From assembly GCF_009914755.1 (NCBI RefSeq), contig NC_060941.1: a stretch of 64,000 nucleotides of DNA. One strand, given 5' to 3'. This document shows, piece after piece, positions 34,443 through 55,701 of the stretch. The position numbers and the translations under genes were made by a program. A model generated the notes under the pieces. It was not told the DNA's origin. It did not search any database and saw nothing but the letters and a program-made list of their open reading frames with translations. Within the stretch, counting starts at the first letter, position 1; each line of letters starts with the position of its first letter. The stretch comes from the human T2T-CHM13v2.0 reference genome, Homo sapiens.

Positions 34443-36494
34443 TGTCTTCATCTTTTACTTGTCAATAATCATGATCCCAGTCAACATAAAAAGCACGGCT
34501 GTCCCCAGAATAAAATAACTTGGCATTGATCAAAGACAAGCTCAGTGCATACATGATACCTGGACAAGGATTAGAGATGTTTAGATCTTGGCTATAACAA
34601 TGCAGAGTTTTTATTGTAAGAAGGGCCGCCTCTCTCCTTGCTCTGTTGACTCCTGACGAGTGATCTTTGGTGGCAAATGTCTCCTTGGAGCTTTTGAAAC
34701 CGTGAACTTGTGTAGCTAGTAGTGGTGAAACAGATGGATGGGCCTTGCTGTGCCCCTGTGAGGGATTTAGCCGCTTACCTGACAGGAGAAGGCAGCTGTC
34801 TGCAGCTCAGGGTAACATCCATTCTGTTAGATGGTCTCTGTTTAAGGAACCTGTTCTTTGTGTGGTTACCCACCTTGGGATGGTATTTGGCCTTTCATCT
34901 CCGGCCAGCTCCTCTCCGCCACCACTGTGTTCCCGAGCCACTTTCTCCTTGGCCCCTTTTCCTTCATATCAATTGATGTGTGATCAAGAAGTACAATCAG
35001 TTTTCATAATAATTTAATACAAATTAATTTAGCTTCGATATTAGCAAAAGTAAAATTTCACTAAGAAGGTAAATCTACAAGAAAAAAGATAATGCCTTCT
35101 GATAAGTTGCTCTGGTTTATAAAATCTTTTGGGCCAGGCACGGTGGCTCATACCTTAATTCCAGCACTTTGGGAGGCCGAGGTGGACAATTGCTTGAGGC
35201 CAGGAGTTCAAGACCAGCCTGGCCAACATGGTGAAACCTCGTCTCTACAAAAAATACAAAAATCAGCCGGGCCTGTAGTCCCAGCTACTCGGTGCGTGCC
35301 TGTAGTCCCAGCTACTCGGGAGGCTGAGGCACGAGAATCACTTGCCAGGAGGTGGAGGTTGCAGCGAGCCAAGTTGGTACCACCACACTCCATCCTGGGT
35401 GACAAAGCAAGACTCTGTCTCAAAACAAAAAAACCACTTTTGGCTTCTGTATCAGGCATAGGAGGCCTTTTATGGAAACACTTTTGCTACCACGGTATAT
35501 TGGCTGTCCGTTTCCACACTGGTACATTTCGGTGATGATCACCACGCAGCTGCTGCCTGAGAATGAGCATTAGCAGATTAAAGGACTACCCCAGACGGCC
35601 ACTTTATAGCTTACGGGTTGTTGACTTTCCCAGTTTCTGATTTTAGGCCTGGGGTGGTCTGGCCACTGCCAATATGCAAGGCTAGTTTAAGAAAAGATTC
35701 TTTGGTACTTTGGCACTGATTCTCTTCACCACTGGGGGGCATCAAAGCAACTGAGATTCAAAGAAAGGTCATTCCGTTTCTTCAGTAGACTTTGGGCCAG
35801 GAGCAGTGCCTCACGCCCTGTAATCCCAGCACTTTGGGAGGCCGAGGGAGGAGGATTGTCTGAGTCCAGGAGTTTGAGATCAGCCTGGCCAACAGAGCAA
35901 GACCCCATCTCTTAAAAAAATTTTTTTTTCGAGACGGAGTTTCGGTCTTGTTGCCCAGGCTGGAGTGCAATGGCGCCATCTCGGCTCACTGCAACCTCCG
36001 CCTCCTGAGAATTGCCTACAAGTGATTCTCCTGCCTCAGCCTCCCGAGTAGCTGGGATTACAGGCACCCACCACCACGCCCGGCTAATTTTGTATTTTTA
36101 GTAGAGACGGGGTTTCACCATGTTGGCCAGGATAGTCTTGATCTCTTGACCTCGTGATCCGCCCGCCTCATCCTCCCAAAATGCTGGGGTTACAGGCATG
36201 AGCCACTGCGCCCAGCCTAAAAAAAATTTTTTTAATGGGCCTGGGCATGGAAGTCCCAGTTACTTAGCAGGGCAAAGGTGGGAGGATCACTGAGCTCAGG
36301 GGGTCAAAGCTGCCTTGAGCCATGATTGCATCATTGCACTCCAGCCTGGGTAACAGAGTGAAACTCTGACACAATTTTTTTTAATTTAAATATTATAAAA
36401 AATATATAATTACGAAGATACCAGCTTCAGCCGACATGACCGTGACCTGTGTGAAAGCTGGGCGGGTGGTGGGAAACCTGTGTCTGTCGCGTAG

Positions 36495-36737
<243 letters not shown>

Positions 36738-37606
36738 TAAAGTGTGCAGAAGGATGGATTTAGAAACTTGGTTTCCAGCACCAGCTGTCAGAGCCGTAAT
36801 TCTTACCCGGGGCTGTGACCTGAGCGTGGCATGGGGGTTGAGAATCACTGGCAGAGGGAAGCAGCCAGGTGTGCTCATGGGAATATGTGTTACCCCTCAG
36901 GGGACTGGAGGCAGGAGAGTCTGAAGAACTCTTAGAGTCAATTCCTAGAGGGATCTTGGAGCAGGGGTGACAGTCAAGCTTTGTGGTATAATATCACCTG
37001 CTTTCGGGTCCACGTTTCTTTCCTGTGATCCTTCCTGCAAATTTAAGCGCCCACATATCAAAAAGATGTTTTTTGAGATGAGCATTAGTCCGCCTCAGGT
37101 CAGACATGAGGCAGTTTCACGGGTGCTGTTCCTGGCTGTAGAATAGTGTATTAACCTCATAGGCTGAGAGCTGCCGGCATTCCCGGACAAGGATTGGCCC
37201 TGACATTTGACTTTTAGTTGCAGCTTTTTCCTTTCAGTGTTTGTATTTAATGACCCTCCTCCCATCTTGATCTAAGCCTGTGTTCTGCCAGCAGTTTAGT
37301 ATTTAGATCATTTATTTCTCCTTTACGCCTGCTCTTTTATTTTCATCATATACAGTGTAGGTTTCATTCCTCCTGTCTCATTTCACTGTATACCCTTATC
37401 CATCATTGTCAACAGCAGCTCTTAAGTGCTCTTATAGAACATCTCAAGAATTAAACACTGGACAGATCCTCGTTGTCCTGTCATGGGACACCCACTCTTT
37501 CGGTTCTCTGTAATCCCAGCTACCCAGGAGGCTGAGGCAGGTGGATTACATGAGCCCAGGAGTTCGACTGAGCAACATGGAAGACCCCTTCTCTTGAAAC
37601 AAAAAC

Positions 37607-40851
<3,245 letters not shown>

Positions 40852-41350
40852 TAGTTGCAGCAGAGACTGTGACCAAATGGCTGCTAAGGCCTGAAATATT
40901 TACTGTTTGGCTTTTTACAGAAGCAGCTTGCTGATCCCTGGCCTAAACAAGGAAAAGGTGAATCTAGGCCTAGACACGACTGCCGTGTTTTGAGCGCGGG
41001 AGGGATGGTTGATCGTTGCTGCACTGGGTGTTTGTGGTCCGCATTCTGTATTTCCTAGATCTGTGGCCTTTGGAGGGTCAGAGGATCGGGAGGAACAAAT
41101 CTTTGTCTTTCATACAGTGTTCAAGCAAACAGGAAAACAATTTCACTTTTAATTAACTTAGTGTAATTTAGGATTAACTCTTTTATTGTGAAGGAATTAT
41201 CTGCCTCAGAACTTGGCTTATTAGAACTTGGCTTATTACCTTCATGGGTTTTGTACTCGGCACATGTGATTTCTAAAACTACAGAATGAATGATTCCCTG
41301 TGATCATGTGTAATCTTGAGGATGTAGAAACACTTACCACCTAAACGTAA

Positions 41351-41626
<276 letters not shown>

Positions 41627-42087
41627 TGAGAACCACGGTTGTGTTCACGGAGGCCCTCCCGTGTGCCAGGCACTGTGGTCACAACAGTAGAGACAAAGCA
41701 TTCCTGGTAGGAAGCCCGCAGATGAGTAGGTGTGGAAGAGCTTATCCATCCGCTTTTTCATGCCAGAAAGTGGTGTTGAGATACCCCAGCTGATTCAGTC
41801 TTTCATGCACGTCATACAGCCATAGCGTCAGTGACACTTGCCTGCTAACTGCTATGAAGATAAATTAATTTGAAAACGGCATTTATAGACAGCACTAATT
41901 GTACTTACACAGCCAATGCCCGTATTTAGTCACTTTCATGTGGATAATCTATTCTCTAGCTTTAGTATAGCTGACTTCAGAGGAATGTGACGGTGTGCTG
42001 ATGTGAGATTGTTGCTTTTTTGCATTTTAAGAATTGTTTCTTTCTGTTTTAAAAACCTTTTTAAAAAAGTTGTAAAGTTGGGTTTAA

Positions 42088-42264
<177 letters not shown>

Positions 42265-42474
42265 TAAAATTATTTTATTGTAGAGATAGGGTCTCGCTCT
42301 GCTGTTCAGGTTGGTCTCAAGTTCCTGGCCTCATGTCATCCTCCCACCTCAGCCTTCCAAAGTGCTGGCATTACAAGCCTGAGCCACTGCACCCGGCCTT
42401 AAGATTTTTATTTTGTTTTGTTTTGTTTTCAATGATAGAACTAGGCGATAATAGCAGTTTAAGAAAACAGTTTA

Positions 42475-42838
<364 letters not shown>

Positions 42839-43201
42839 TCATATTGGCCAGGCGCAGTGACTTGTGCCTGTAACCCCAGCACTTTGGAAGGCTGAGGCAG
42901 GATGATTGCTTGAGGCTGGGAGTTCGATATCAGCCTGGGCAACATGGCAAGACCCTGTCTCTACAAAAAGTAAAATTAGCTGGCTGTGGTGGTATGCACT
43001 TGTCCCAGCTACTCATGAGGCTGAGGTAGGAGGATCGCTTGAGCCCGAGAGGTCAAGGCTGCAGTGAGCCATGATCGTGGCACTGCACTCCAGCCTGGGT
43101 GACAGAGTCAGACCCTGTCTTTAAAAAATAAATAAATAGGCCGGGCACGGTGGCTCACGCCTGTAATCCCAGCACTTTGGGAGGCTGAGGCAGGCGGATC
43201 A

Positions 43202-43471
<270 letters not shown>

Positions 43472-44124
43472 TTAGCAGGACAGTTCTACGTTTAGGCTCA
43501 TTTTTTGTAAACTATAAACTTTTCATTGAACTAAGATGAAGAAAATTTGTTTTAGTTTGTGGAAACATCAGCCTTTCTGTTAAACTCCACAGCGCAATCT
43601 CCCGCACACTTGTTTGATTTGATATTTATCACACGTGTGCGTCATTGTAGTTCTTGCCCTGTGTGATGAGACGCTCTTTGCTTCTTAGAAGGATAGCGTG
43701 GGTTAAAGGAAGTGTGAGCCCAGGGTGTGATACCGTTGCTGTGTATTGAGAGCGCTTTTCACTTTTAACTGGTTTCGTCACCTTATTTTTCGTCATAACA
43801 TTCTCTCTATTAAAAGCCTTGTACCCATGCAAAATGAAGATGTAAAATCGTCAAAATGATGCCTTAAAGAAAAACCACTCGTGTTTCTACAAAGGCTTTT
43901 ACTTCAGCAAGTGGATTCTTTGAGATCTGCTTTCTTCCTTGACTTTGCCCTGTTTAATGTTACACCACAGCCCAGTGGGAGACATTTGATTGCTCATTTC
44001 CTTTGCTAGGTCAATTTGGTGACTGACAGAGGCTCACGGGCAGGCTCTTCAGTTGTCTGGGTGCCCAGCAGTGACAGAGCCGTCTCATGGAACTCCTCCT
44101 AGGAACTACAGAGTGGGCAATTGA

Positions 44125-44331
<207 letters not shown>

Positions 44332-44616
44332 TAGCTGGGATTACAGGCACCCGCCACCATGCCTGGCTAATTTTTGTATTTTTCGTAGAGACGGAGTTTC
44401 ACCATGTTGGCCAGGCTGGTTTCAAACTCCTGGCCTCAAGTGTTCCACCCGCCTTGGCCTCCCAAAGTGCTGGGATGACAGGCATGAGCCCACTGCACCT
44501 GGCCCTCTCTGGAAATTATTTTAATAAGTGGAAAAAGAACATTAACCTCTCCCCATCTTCTCAGTGTGTCTTTTTATTATTTCTTTGCTGAAATAATGTA
44601 GAATTGTGTTTTTTAG

Positions 44617-44760
<144 letters not shown>

Positions 44761-44810
44761 TAATGGTTCTCATTCTATAACACTGACCCCACACATTTTT
44801 TTTTTTTTGA

Positions 44811-44918
<108 letters not shown>

Positions 44919-47687
44919 TAGCTGGGATGACAGGCACCCGCCACGATGCCCGGCTAGTTTTTGTATTTTTAGTAGAGACGGGGTTTTACCATGTTGGCCA
45001 GGCTGGTCTCGAACTCCTGACCTCATGATCTGCCCGCTTCAGCCACCCGAAATGCTGGGATTACAGGTGTGAGCCACCACACCTTGCCCAACACTGGCCC
45101 TCTTTTTGCTGTTTAATATTTTTTAGTTTGTTTCTTTTTGGTATTGTTTGTATACAGTTTCTCAGCCTGATAATTATTTAAGAGCTCATCTGATGTTATC
45201 TAATCTTGTCCATTTGGGATGTGCTTAACAGTGAAATAATGTATATAAAAGTACTTTAAAACCAAAGCACTTTCTAAATCGAAGCCACCCGTTTCTCCTG
45301 TTCCTATTAGCACATCAGAGCTAGTGTGCCTGAGATGACTTAGGTCGGGAGGTGTCCCTGAAACAACCTGAATTATTACAGGCATGCTTTTTTAACATAG
45401 TAAATACCTTCCAGAAAAGTTGAGTCAGATCCTGGTTAAAATGCACGTATGTCAAGTTCCTGGGTCTGTCCTATAAAACAATAATAATAAATGCACATAT
45501 AAGGTGCCTGCCATTTCAGCCCATCAGATGCAATTCTTATGCGGTGACTTTCTTCCGTAAGGTAACTTTGTCCATTTCATTTTTATAAGTTTGCATTTTC
45601 ACATATTAGGTTTATTTAATGTACAGAATAGATTGCTAATAATGCTGAATTTAGGAAAGGTAGTTGCTCAGGTAAAACATAAGGAAGACCAATAAAAGCT
45701 ATGTTTTCTGGGCCACATAAATGGGCACCTTTCTGTAGATGGCTTTTCCCCCGATTTCCTCCAAATTGGTTGGAATACTTGTAAAGGCCACAAAGATGAA
45801 AGGCTTTGCCATTTGTTCTGGTGTGTTTTTCTTTTTCTTCCTGTCCCCAGTTCTGTCTGTTTGGGCTCTGCCCTGACTCTTTTTTTAAATTGTCCATGAG
45901 AGCTCTCAAAATAGTCTCAACAAATCCTGTTACAGAAATAACTAGAATTGACTTTAAAGTGTGATAGTATCTTTTGTCTGTTTTTACCTGGTCTTCAATT
46001 TTCGTATCAGATTTTAAGGCCCGAGTAAGCCTTTCAGGATTTTTATGAGCTTATTATATTTGACTGTTTTTTCTGCCGGTGAATGAGGACATATAGAAAC
46101 TTCCCCGAGGAACCGTGAGATCCTGGAGTTCGCACTCCACGCCCCTCATCTTGGAAGCATAATGGCAGCCGGTGTAATTTTCTCAAGCTTTAACCCATTG
46201 TTTTATTTTCATATCTGAAAGTCCATTTGGTTTGGGTTTGGGTTTTGATCAAGTAACCTTTACAGAAAAGAGTTCTGTATAGCAAAGCTGCTTTCACGCC
46301 GTGCGTGACTTGCAAAAAACACTAGGTTGGTGTGAACTATTAATTAGTTTTTCTTTTTTTTTGTCAAAGGTCTCAATCAACTCTGTTAATATAGTTATTA
46401 CACATTTATTTATGCATCTTTATACAAACTATATTCTCTAATTCTTGTCTGTTTACCAGACTTTTTTTTTTTTAATAAACTTAAATTGCATTTGAGGAGT
46501 GAGAGAGGGAAAAGGATTGTTTTTAGGCCTTCCCTAGCCTTTGCGCACCTCAACAGTCTTCTCTGCTTGCACACCAAATCAGTAGCTATAAATACAGAGG
46601 CTGAAATCACGAATTATATTGAACTTTCTTCTGAGTGTTTTTCCTTTTTTTCTTTTTTTTGAGACAAGGTCTTGCCTCATCACCCATGTTGGAGCGCCGT
46701 GGTGTGCGATCATGGCTCACTGCAGCTTCAAACTCTTGGGCTCAGACAGTCCTGCCACCTCAGTCTCCTGAGTAGCTGGGACTACTGGTACACGCCACCA
46801 TACCTGGCTTAAGTTTTTTTTTTTTTTTTTTTGGTAGAGATGGGGTTTTGCTATGTTCCCCAGGCTATTCTTGAACTCCTGGCCTCAAGCAGTCCTCCCA
46901 CCTCGGTCTCCCAAAACATTGGGATTATAGTCACGCGCCACCATACCTGACCTCCTAATTTTTTTTTTTTTTGAGAGTCTCGCTCCATAGCCCATGCTGG
47001 AGTGCAGTAGTGCAGTCTCAGCTCACTGTAGCCTCCGCCTCTCAGGTCGAAGCAATTCTTCTGCCTCAGCCTCCCTAGTACCTGGGATTACAGGCACCTG
47101 CCACTATGCCCAGCTAATTTTTGTGTTTTTAGTAGAGATGGGGTTTCACCGTGTTGGCCAGGCTGGTCTTGAACTCCCAACCTCAAGTGATCCACCCACT
47201 TCCGCTTCCCAAAGCGCTGGGATGACAGGTATGAGCCACCGTGCCCAGCCTTAAAGTCTTAGAAACTTCCTAAGAGCGTTTTTAATTTTTTGTGTCTAGT
47301 AAAGCATACATAACCAAATTTGCCTTTGTAACCATTTTTACGTGTACAGTTTAGTGGCGTTAGGTACATTCACATTACTGTGCCCCTGTCACCACCATCC
47401 TTTTCCAGTACTTTTTTAAATAGGCAAATTCATAGAGACAGACGACAGCCTTGTGTTTTCCAAGGATGGAGGGAAGGGGAGAATGGAGACACACTGTTCA
47501 TGGGTGGCGATTTGAAACTCTGCACATTAAGCAATAGCTCCTTTTCCAAAACCCTCTTCTCCCTGGCCCTGACAACTGCCATTCTACCTTCTATGAATGT
47601 GATTAGTGTTTTAATTTTCAATAAGATTCTACTTAAAACAGTTTCATGTAATGTTACCTGTAGATGAGTCATTCCTAAGTAATTTGA

Positions 47688-48179
<492 letters not shown>

Positions 48180-48433
48180 TGACAAAAAAATTATAACGCA
48201 TGCAGTAGAGTCATATCTTTGACAAATTTAGATTGTAGAAAAGTATATTAAGTATATGAGCCGGGCGTGGTGGTGTGTGCCTGTGGTCCCAGCTACTTGG
48301 GAGACTGAGGCAGCAGTTCAAGGCCAGCCTGGGTAACATAGTGAAACCCCGTTTCTAAGTCAGTCAGTCAGTATATGAAACAAAGGCCACGTGTGGTTAA
48401 AACTACCTTGAAAATTCCTGAAATTGCCCATAA

Positions 48434-48715
<282 letters not shown>

Positions 48716-48789
48716 TGATCCACCCGCCTCAGCCTCCCAAAGTGCCAGGATTACAGGCATGAGCCACCGCGCCCAGCTTAGTTATAGTT

Positions 48790-49035
48790 ATAATCAAACA
48801 GTATTGAGCATGGTCTGCCAGGTAACTGTTCTACATCCTTTACGTGGAACATCTCACTTGAGCCTAGTAACCCTATATGTAGAAACTGTGGTTACCCTAT
48901 TTTGCCACTGAAGGAATTACATACAGAGAGACACGGGCATTCAGAGAACAAGTCACTTGCCTAAGTTGTATGCTAGCAAGTGGTCGAGCTAACGTCCAAC
49001 CCAGGCAGCCTGACTTCAGAGCTTTGCTTTTGATC
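48790..49035. mobile_element. MIR element (approximate)
   Basis: aagtcacttgcctaag...acccaggcagcctgacttcagagc. Confidence 0.6.
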
Positions 49036-49745
49036 ATGCTTACGAGTATCACGGGATTTAGTACCGACCAAGCACACAGCAGTGTGACAGCCCCGAGCTC
49101 GCCTGTGCAGCCTTCCTGGGTATCACTCCGTTCTGCCCGGAAAGGCACCATTCAGGCCGTGAGTGTAAACGTACGAGTGGGCAGGGGGAGTGGTAGAAAC
49201 GCCCCTGCTGATTGCAGGGTTTACTCACGTATTTACCTTAACGCCCGTTCTTCTGCGACTACTATAAACATTAAATGAGATAGGGGATCAGATGTCACCG
49301 TGAAACAATGTCAGGGAGTGGGGTGGGGCTGGGGGGGATTTTTGGGGCCATTCAGCCCCATCGTGTCTGGACAGGGAAGGTGAAGTGAAGAGAGGCTGCC
49401 TCCCCAGAGCTGAGACAGGACAGACTCGGTCCTCTCCCTCTGCTGCAGGTGCTCTTTCTTTCACCACTCAGCTTTTCTTGAAATGAAAGTTTGAAAGTTT
49501 AGCTTTCAGAACTAGCTGTGTGGCTTTGTGCAAGTCACATGTCCTCTCTGGGCTGTATCCCCTGCAGTAGGGAGAATAAATGAAACTAGAGAAACCCTCT
49601 AAAGTCCATCTCACTAGGATTCTAGGCTTCTGGGTGTTTGGGAGCTTGGGTAAAGAATCAGAAGGGCCTGTGCTGGAGAAAGGACCTGTTCACTCGCCCA
49701 GCCCCAGACATTCAGGACGAGGCTGTCACTCACTGGAATGACTGA

Positions 49746-49970
<225 letters not shown>

Positions 49971-50838
49971 GAGGAGCAGTGCCAATCGGGCAGAAGTTTG
50001 CAAATAGGCAGAATGGAATCGATTTCCTCCCACCTCCGTGTGACGATCCCATGTTAGCTACACAGTGCAGAGGCTCTTGATGGTGGACTAAGCAATTTCC
50101 TCCCTCGTGCGCATCTCAGAACCCATCGGTAGGCAAAGGAAAATACGCTCAGGTGGTTGTGGTGTAGACTGTGTCAGGCCTACGGAGTCAGCCAGTGGCT
50201 AGCGCAAGACCAGTCACTCCCTCTGCCTTCAGGCTTCTGTCAATTTCATTATCATCAAGCAGGAATTATGTCGTAAGTCACTGACCCTAACTGCAGACCA
50301 TGAAGTAAATTATGTAACTAGGTTTTTGCTTCTCCAGTGGTGACCACCCCCCCCCATCCCCGCTCACAACTTGGGTTCTTCTCAGCGGGGCGAGCTGAGA
50401 AGCGGTCATGAGCACCTGGGGATTTTAGTAAGTGTGTCTTCCTAGAATTCGAAGGCTCTCTCTTTCTAGAGGTGCTACATAGTTGGTAATGCTTGGAATG
50501 GCAATAGGGTAGAATGATTAATCAAAGGCATATCTTCTATATCTGAAGAGTATCCTTCCTTCAGGGTTTAATAGACTGAGTCAGATGGGTCTGATATTAA
50601 TCAAAATTGTCTCTTCTGAGGACCGCTGATAAGCATTGACTTGCTGTCCCCTAAGGAAATCCGAGCGGCTACAAAGCGTTTCTTTACTTTTCACTTCAAT
50701 TAATGCTGCGCTTCGCTTGGTGAGTGCGTACTTTTTCTACCTGTACACATTCCTGCATTCATGTATTTTGTTTTTTTTGACTAAAGCTATGTTACATGGA
50801 AAGGATTTTGAAGCCTTTTGTTTCCCTTGCTTTGTTTT

Positions 50839-50844
50839 AATAAA
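50839..50844 (+). terminator. Proximal poly(A) signal AATAAA (second AATAAA at 50927-50932)
   Basis: TGTA elements upstream (~50742, ~50762), U/GU-rich sequence downstream. Confidence 0.7.
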
Positions 50845-52328
50845 CAGTATATTCTTTGGTTGTGAATCCTACTTTCTTTGAATGCAAAGAGTTCCTATAA
50901 CTGGAAAGCAATTAATTAGCCTTCATAATAAATGTTCACTTGGGGGGGATGTTAACTCATTATAAACCCGAAGATTAGTCCAAGGCATGGAGATCCTTCT
51001 TCCTAGTGTTTGCAGCCCTGAAATGCATCTTTCAAAGCATGAAAACACTAAAAACAAAAAGCCATTTTGCCTGAGGATGCTGATGATCTGGCACTTGGGA
51101 TTTTATTGATGTTTACGCAGCAGTCTAACACCAACCACGCTTTGAAATGTGTACAGACAGTGAGCTGGTAAGAAAACAGTAATTATGCTAGTGGGCCTTT
51201 CAGTCAGCAAAAGCATGCTCGCTCTGTGTGTTCCTAATCATATTAATTATCTATCCGGTGGCTGCAACACACCGCCTGCCATTGGCCGCACATCTCGCCG
51301 TCGTACCCCGGCAGTGCGGCGGTCACTCTGCAGCCAGAGGACCTGCTGTTCATCACTGCACATGCCGCCTGCGGAGGCTTTTGGATATGGGGAGTGATGG
51401 TGTCCTGTCTGTCTCCCCCCTCGGTGTCTGCCGTTGACATAGGGGCCAGCCAGCCCTAGACGGGATGACTTCCGTTCCTGAGGACAGACACAGAGGGACT
51501 CCTGCTCAGCCTCACTAATTGTTTAGACACATTCCTTCCTACCCTTCTCTAGTCTCAGGAGATGGTAACTGGGTCGCATTTCAGTCTCTGACTGAGGCCT
51601 CAGCCATTTTTACGGAAGTTCTTTTCTGTCTGACCTTGCTTATAAAGCATCGACGAGAAAATTACAGTCTTCAACCCTCTTCTGGATTGACAAATTGTGG
51701 CTGGGAAGTGGCGATCTAGCTTTCAGCCCAGTAACCAGTCTTTCATGCCTACTACTCCCAGCATTCCCTCCTCTCCCCACGTGTCTGTCCACACAGTGAA
51801 GAGGCCTGACCAGCCGTGGTACCAGGACAGGACGTGTCCAGGGAACGCTGACACCTGTCCTCGCGCCTTCTCAGTGGCCAGCGTGATGAAACCAGCACGT
51901 CTCCGTGGATGTGATTGGGAACCCAGGGGCAGTGCCAGGGGGAGGGCTCCCTCGAGGAGGCTGTTTCTAACAGATTTCCCCACTCAAAGATCAGATCACC
52001 AGCAGAGGAGCATCAGAAACTGGCTCCACTGTTGGGCTTTTCAGAGATTTTGGTCCCTGCGGGTTGCCTAAATAGATTCTGGCCCACAGTTTACCTCGAA
52101 AGGCTGTTGATGTTGTTCTGTTTCTCCTCTTTCACTTAGAGATCAATGTTGATTTTGCGTACACCATGACATCAGCGTTAGGCAATTAGGAGAAAAAAAT
52201 CTAATCATTTCGCCTTTATTTCAAGTGGTTCTTGAATTCCCTCCAGTCTCATTGTGAAAGGGGCAGGGAAAAAAATAAAAGGGTAATAATCTGATTTCTG
52301 TCCATATTTCCAGTGTTTTATGCTTTCC

Positions 52329-52334
52329 ATTAAA
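52329..52334 (+). terminator. Distal poly(A) signal ATTAAA (AATAAA also at 52274-52279)
   Basis: Followed by GU/U-rich gtgctgttcctttttt. Confidence 0.55.
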
Positions 52335-52939
52335 ACCTTGCTAATCTCTCGCGTGCTGTTCCTTTTTTGAACTGCAGGGTCAAAAATGTTCCCCTCCCCC
52401 ACTTCTGTTTCCTGAGTGGGCTGTCTTCAAAAAGTATAAATACTATTGATCGTGGTATTTAATACACTAATGAAACCCATGGTTATTGACTACATAATTA
52501 ATATACTGTCCAAAAGTGAAGTTTGGCCGCCCAGTATGTAAAGGTTTATATTGACTCATGTTTCTTTGGCAATATGCCGCCCAAGGTTTTATTTATAGAG
52601 GATGAAACAGGTTGTTTGGTCTCCTTTTCTTCTTTTCACCTGTTAGAAGGCCACTATTCCCCTAGTAAACTGATTGTTTCCTTGTCTCAAAGGGAAGATT
52701 CCCCCCACTCCCCGGCCACCTTTTATGTGGTTTGTTAACTCTTAGTCTTATATCCACTCCGCTGGTAGAGTTCTGGCTTTTATAAACACCTTTGGAAGTC
52801 ATCGGTTCCTCAAAAAGAGAGCATAGATGTTTAATTTTCACTTATTCAAAAAAACTGGTATTTTTGTTATTAAGACATTAAGTAAATGTTTAAGAAAAAA
52901 AGGATAATTTGGACTATTGACTATTTCTTATGCAAGTAA

Positions 52940-53131
<192 letters not shown>

Positions 53132-53582
53132 TAGTAGAGACGGGGTTTCACCGTGTTAGCCAGGATGGTCTCGAACTCCTGACCTTGTGATCCACCTGCC
53201 TCGGCCTCCCAAAGTGCTGGGATTACAGGTGTGAGCCACCGCGCCCGGCCTCCATGTTTATTTTAGGAAAATAATCTACAGTTAAGAAAAACAAAATTGG
53301 CCTGGCACAGTGGCTCATGCCTATAATCGCAACACTTTGGGAGGCTGAGGCGGGCAAATCGCTTGAGCCAAGGAGTTCGAGACCAGCCTGGGTAACATAA
53401 GGAGACCCCCGTCCCTACAAAAAAATAAAAATTAGCTGGGCGTGGTGGCACACACCTGTAGTCCCAGCTACCTGGGAGGCTGAGGTGGGAGAATCACCTG
53501 AGCCGTGGGAGGTCAAGGCTGCAGTGAGCCATGATTGCACCACTGCACCCCAGCCTGGGCGACAGAGCGAGACCCTATCTCA

Positions 53583-53903
<321 letters not shown>

Positions 53904-53944
53904 TTACTTAGGATTTCACCAACCAGTAATAAACACTTGTGTAG

Positions 53945-54106
<162 letters not shown>

Positions 54107-55295
54107 TAGCTGGACTACAGCCTGGTAGTTGGGACTACAGGCATGTGCCACCGTACCCAGCTAATTTTTTGTATTTTTAGTACAGATGGGGTTTCACCAT
54201 GTTAGCCAGGATGGTCTCGATCTCCTGACCTCGTGATCCGCCCTCCTCGGCCTCCCAAAGTGCTGGGATTACAGGTGTGAGCCACCGTGCCTGGCCCTGG
54301 CTAGTTTTTTCTATGTATCTATGTGTATAGAGTTTAAATTAAAAATGGTAGCATAGTAAGCATATCATTTTGTAATGATTTTCTCCTAGGATGGGCATCT
54401 TTATTTTGATAAAAATTGCATCAGAACCACCATTAGGCCAGGTGCAGTGGCTCACACCTATAATCCCACACTTTGGGAGGCCAAGGCAGGTGGATCACTT
54501 GTGATCAGGAGTTCAAGAGCAGCCTGGCCAACATGGTGAAACCACATCTCTACTAAAAACACAAAAATTAGCCGGGTGTGGTGGCTCACCCCTGTAATCC
54601 CAGCTGCCCGGGAGGCTGAAGCAAGAGAGTCCCTCCCCGTGAGGCAGAGGCTGCAGTGAGCCAAGATCACACCATGGCACTCCAGCCTGAGCGACTGAGG
54701 GAGACTCCATCTCAAAACAAAAAAATCACAAACATAATTAAAAGATTTACTAATCATTAATAGCTTTAGGTAAATAATTTTAAGTGGTGTTTGGCTCTTT
54801 GGATGTGTTTTCAGCCAATTCACTCTTGCAGGATGCTTATACTTTTTCTAATTGTTATAAATTCAAGATTTCACGAGCAGAAGCGTTTATGCTTTGTGGC
54901 ACTGACAATCCATGCCTTTTCTTGTTCTGTTAGGTTCTCTCATTGATTTTTCTTTGCCTAAGTCCAGGGATAACTCCTCTAACCCTGTGTACCACCAAGG
55001 GCTGGTAGGTAATTTGAGCAGGTCCTTCCTTGGAAGCAGGTAGATTAATGTAGGGAGGGGAGGGAAAAAGAAGGCTTTGGAGCCCTGGTTTCATCCTGCC
55101 TACTACACAGACGGGGGCTGTGCCTATGAAGAGGCGAAACTCTTGTTTCCCACCACCCTGGCAAAGAAGGCCTCTTGAGAATACATTTGACTTGCCTATA
55201 AATCAACCTGATTATCTAAAGCTATTAATGATTATTAAGTCTTGTAATTATATTTGTAATGATGGTTTTGAAAAGTCATTGAGAAAAGTATGTAG

Positions 55296-55445
<150 letters not shown>

Positions 55446-55448
55446 TGA

Positions 55449-55701
<253 letters not shown>

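Larger units (their letters stand above)
49971..52350 (+). other. RPA1: RPA1 3' UTR (alternative ends; distal end approximate)
   Basis: Repeat-free sequence after the stop, with several poly(A) signals. Confidence 0.75.
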
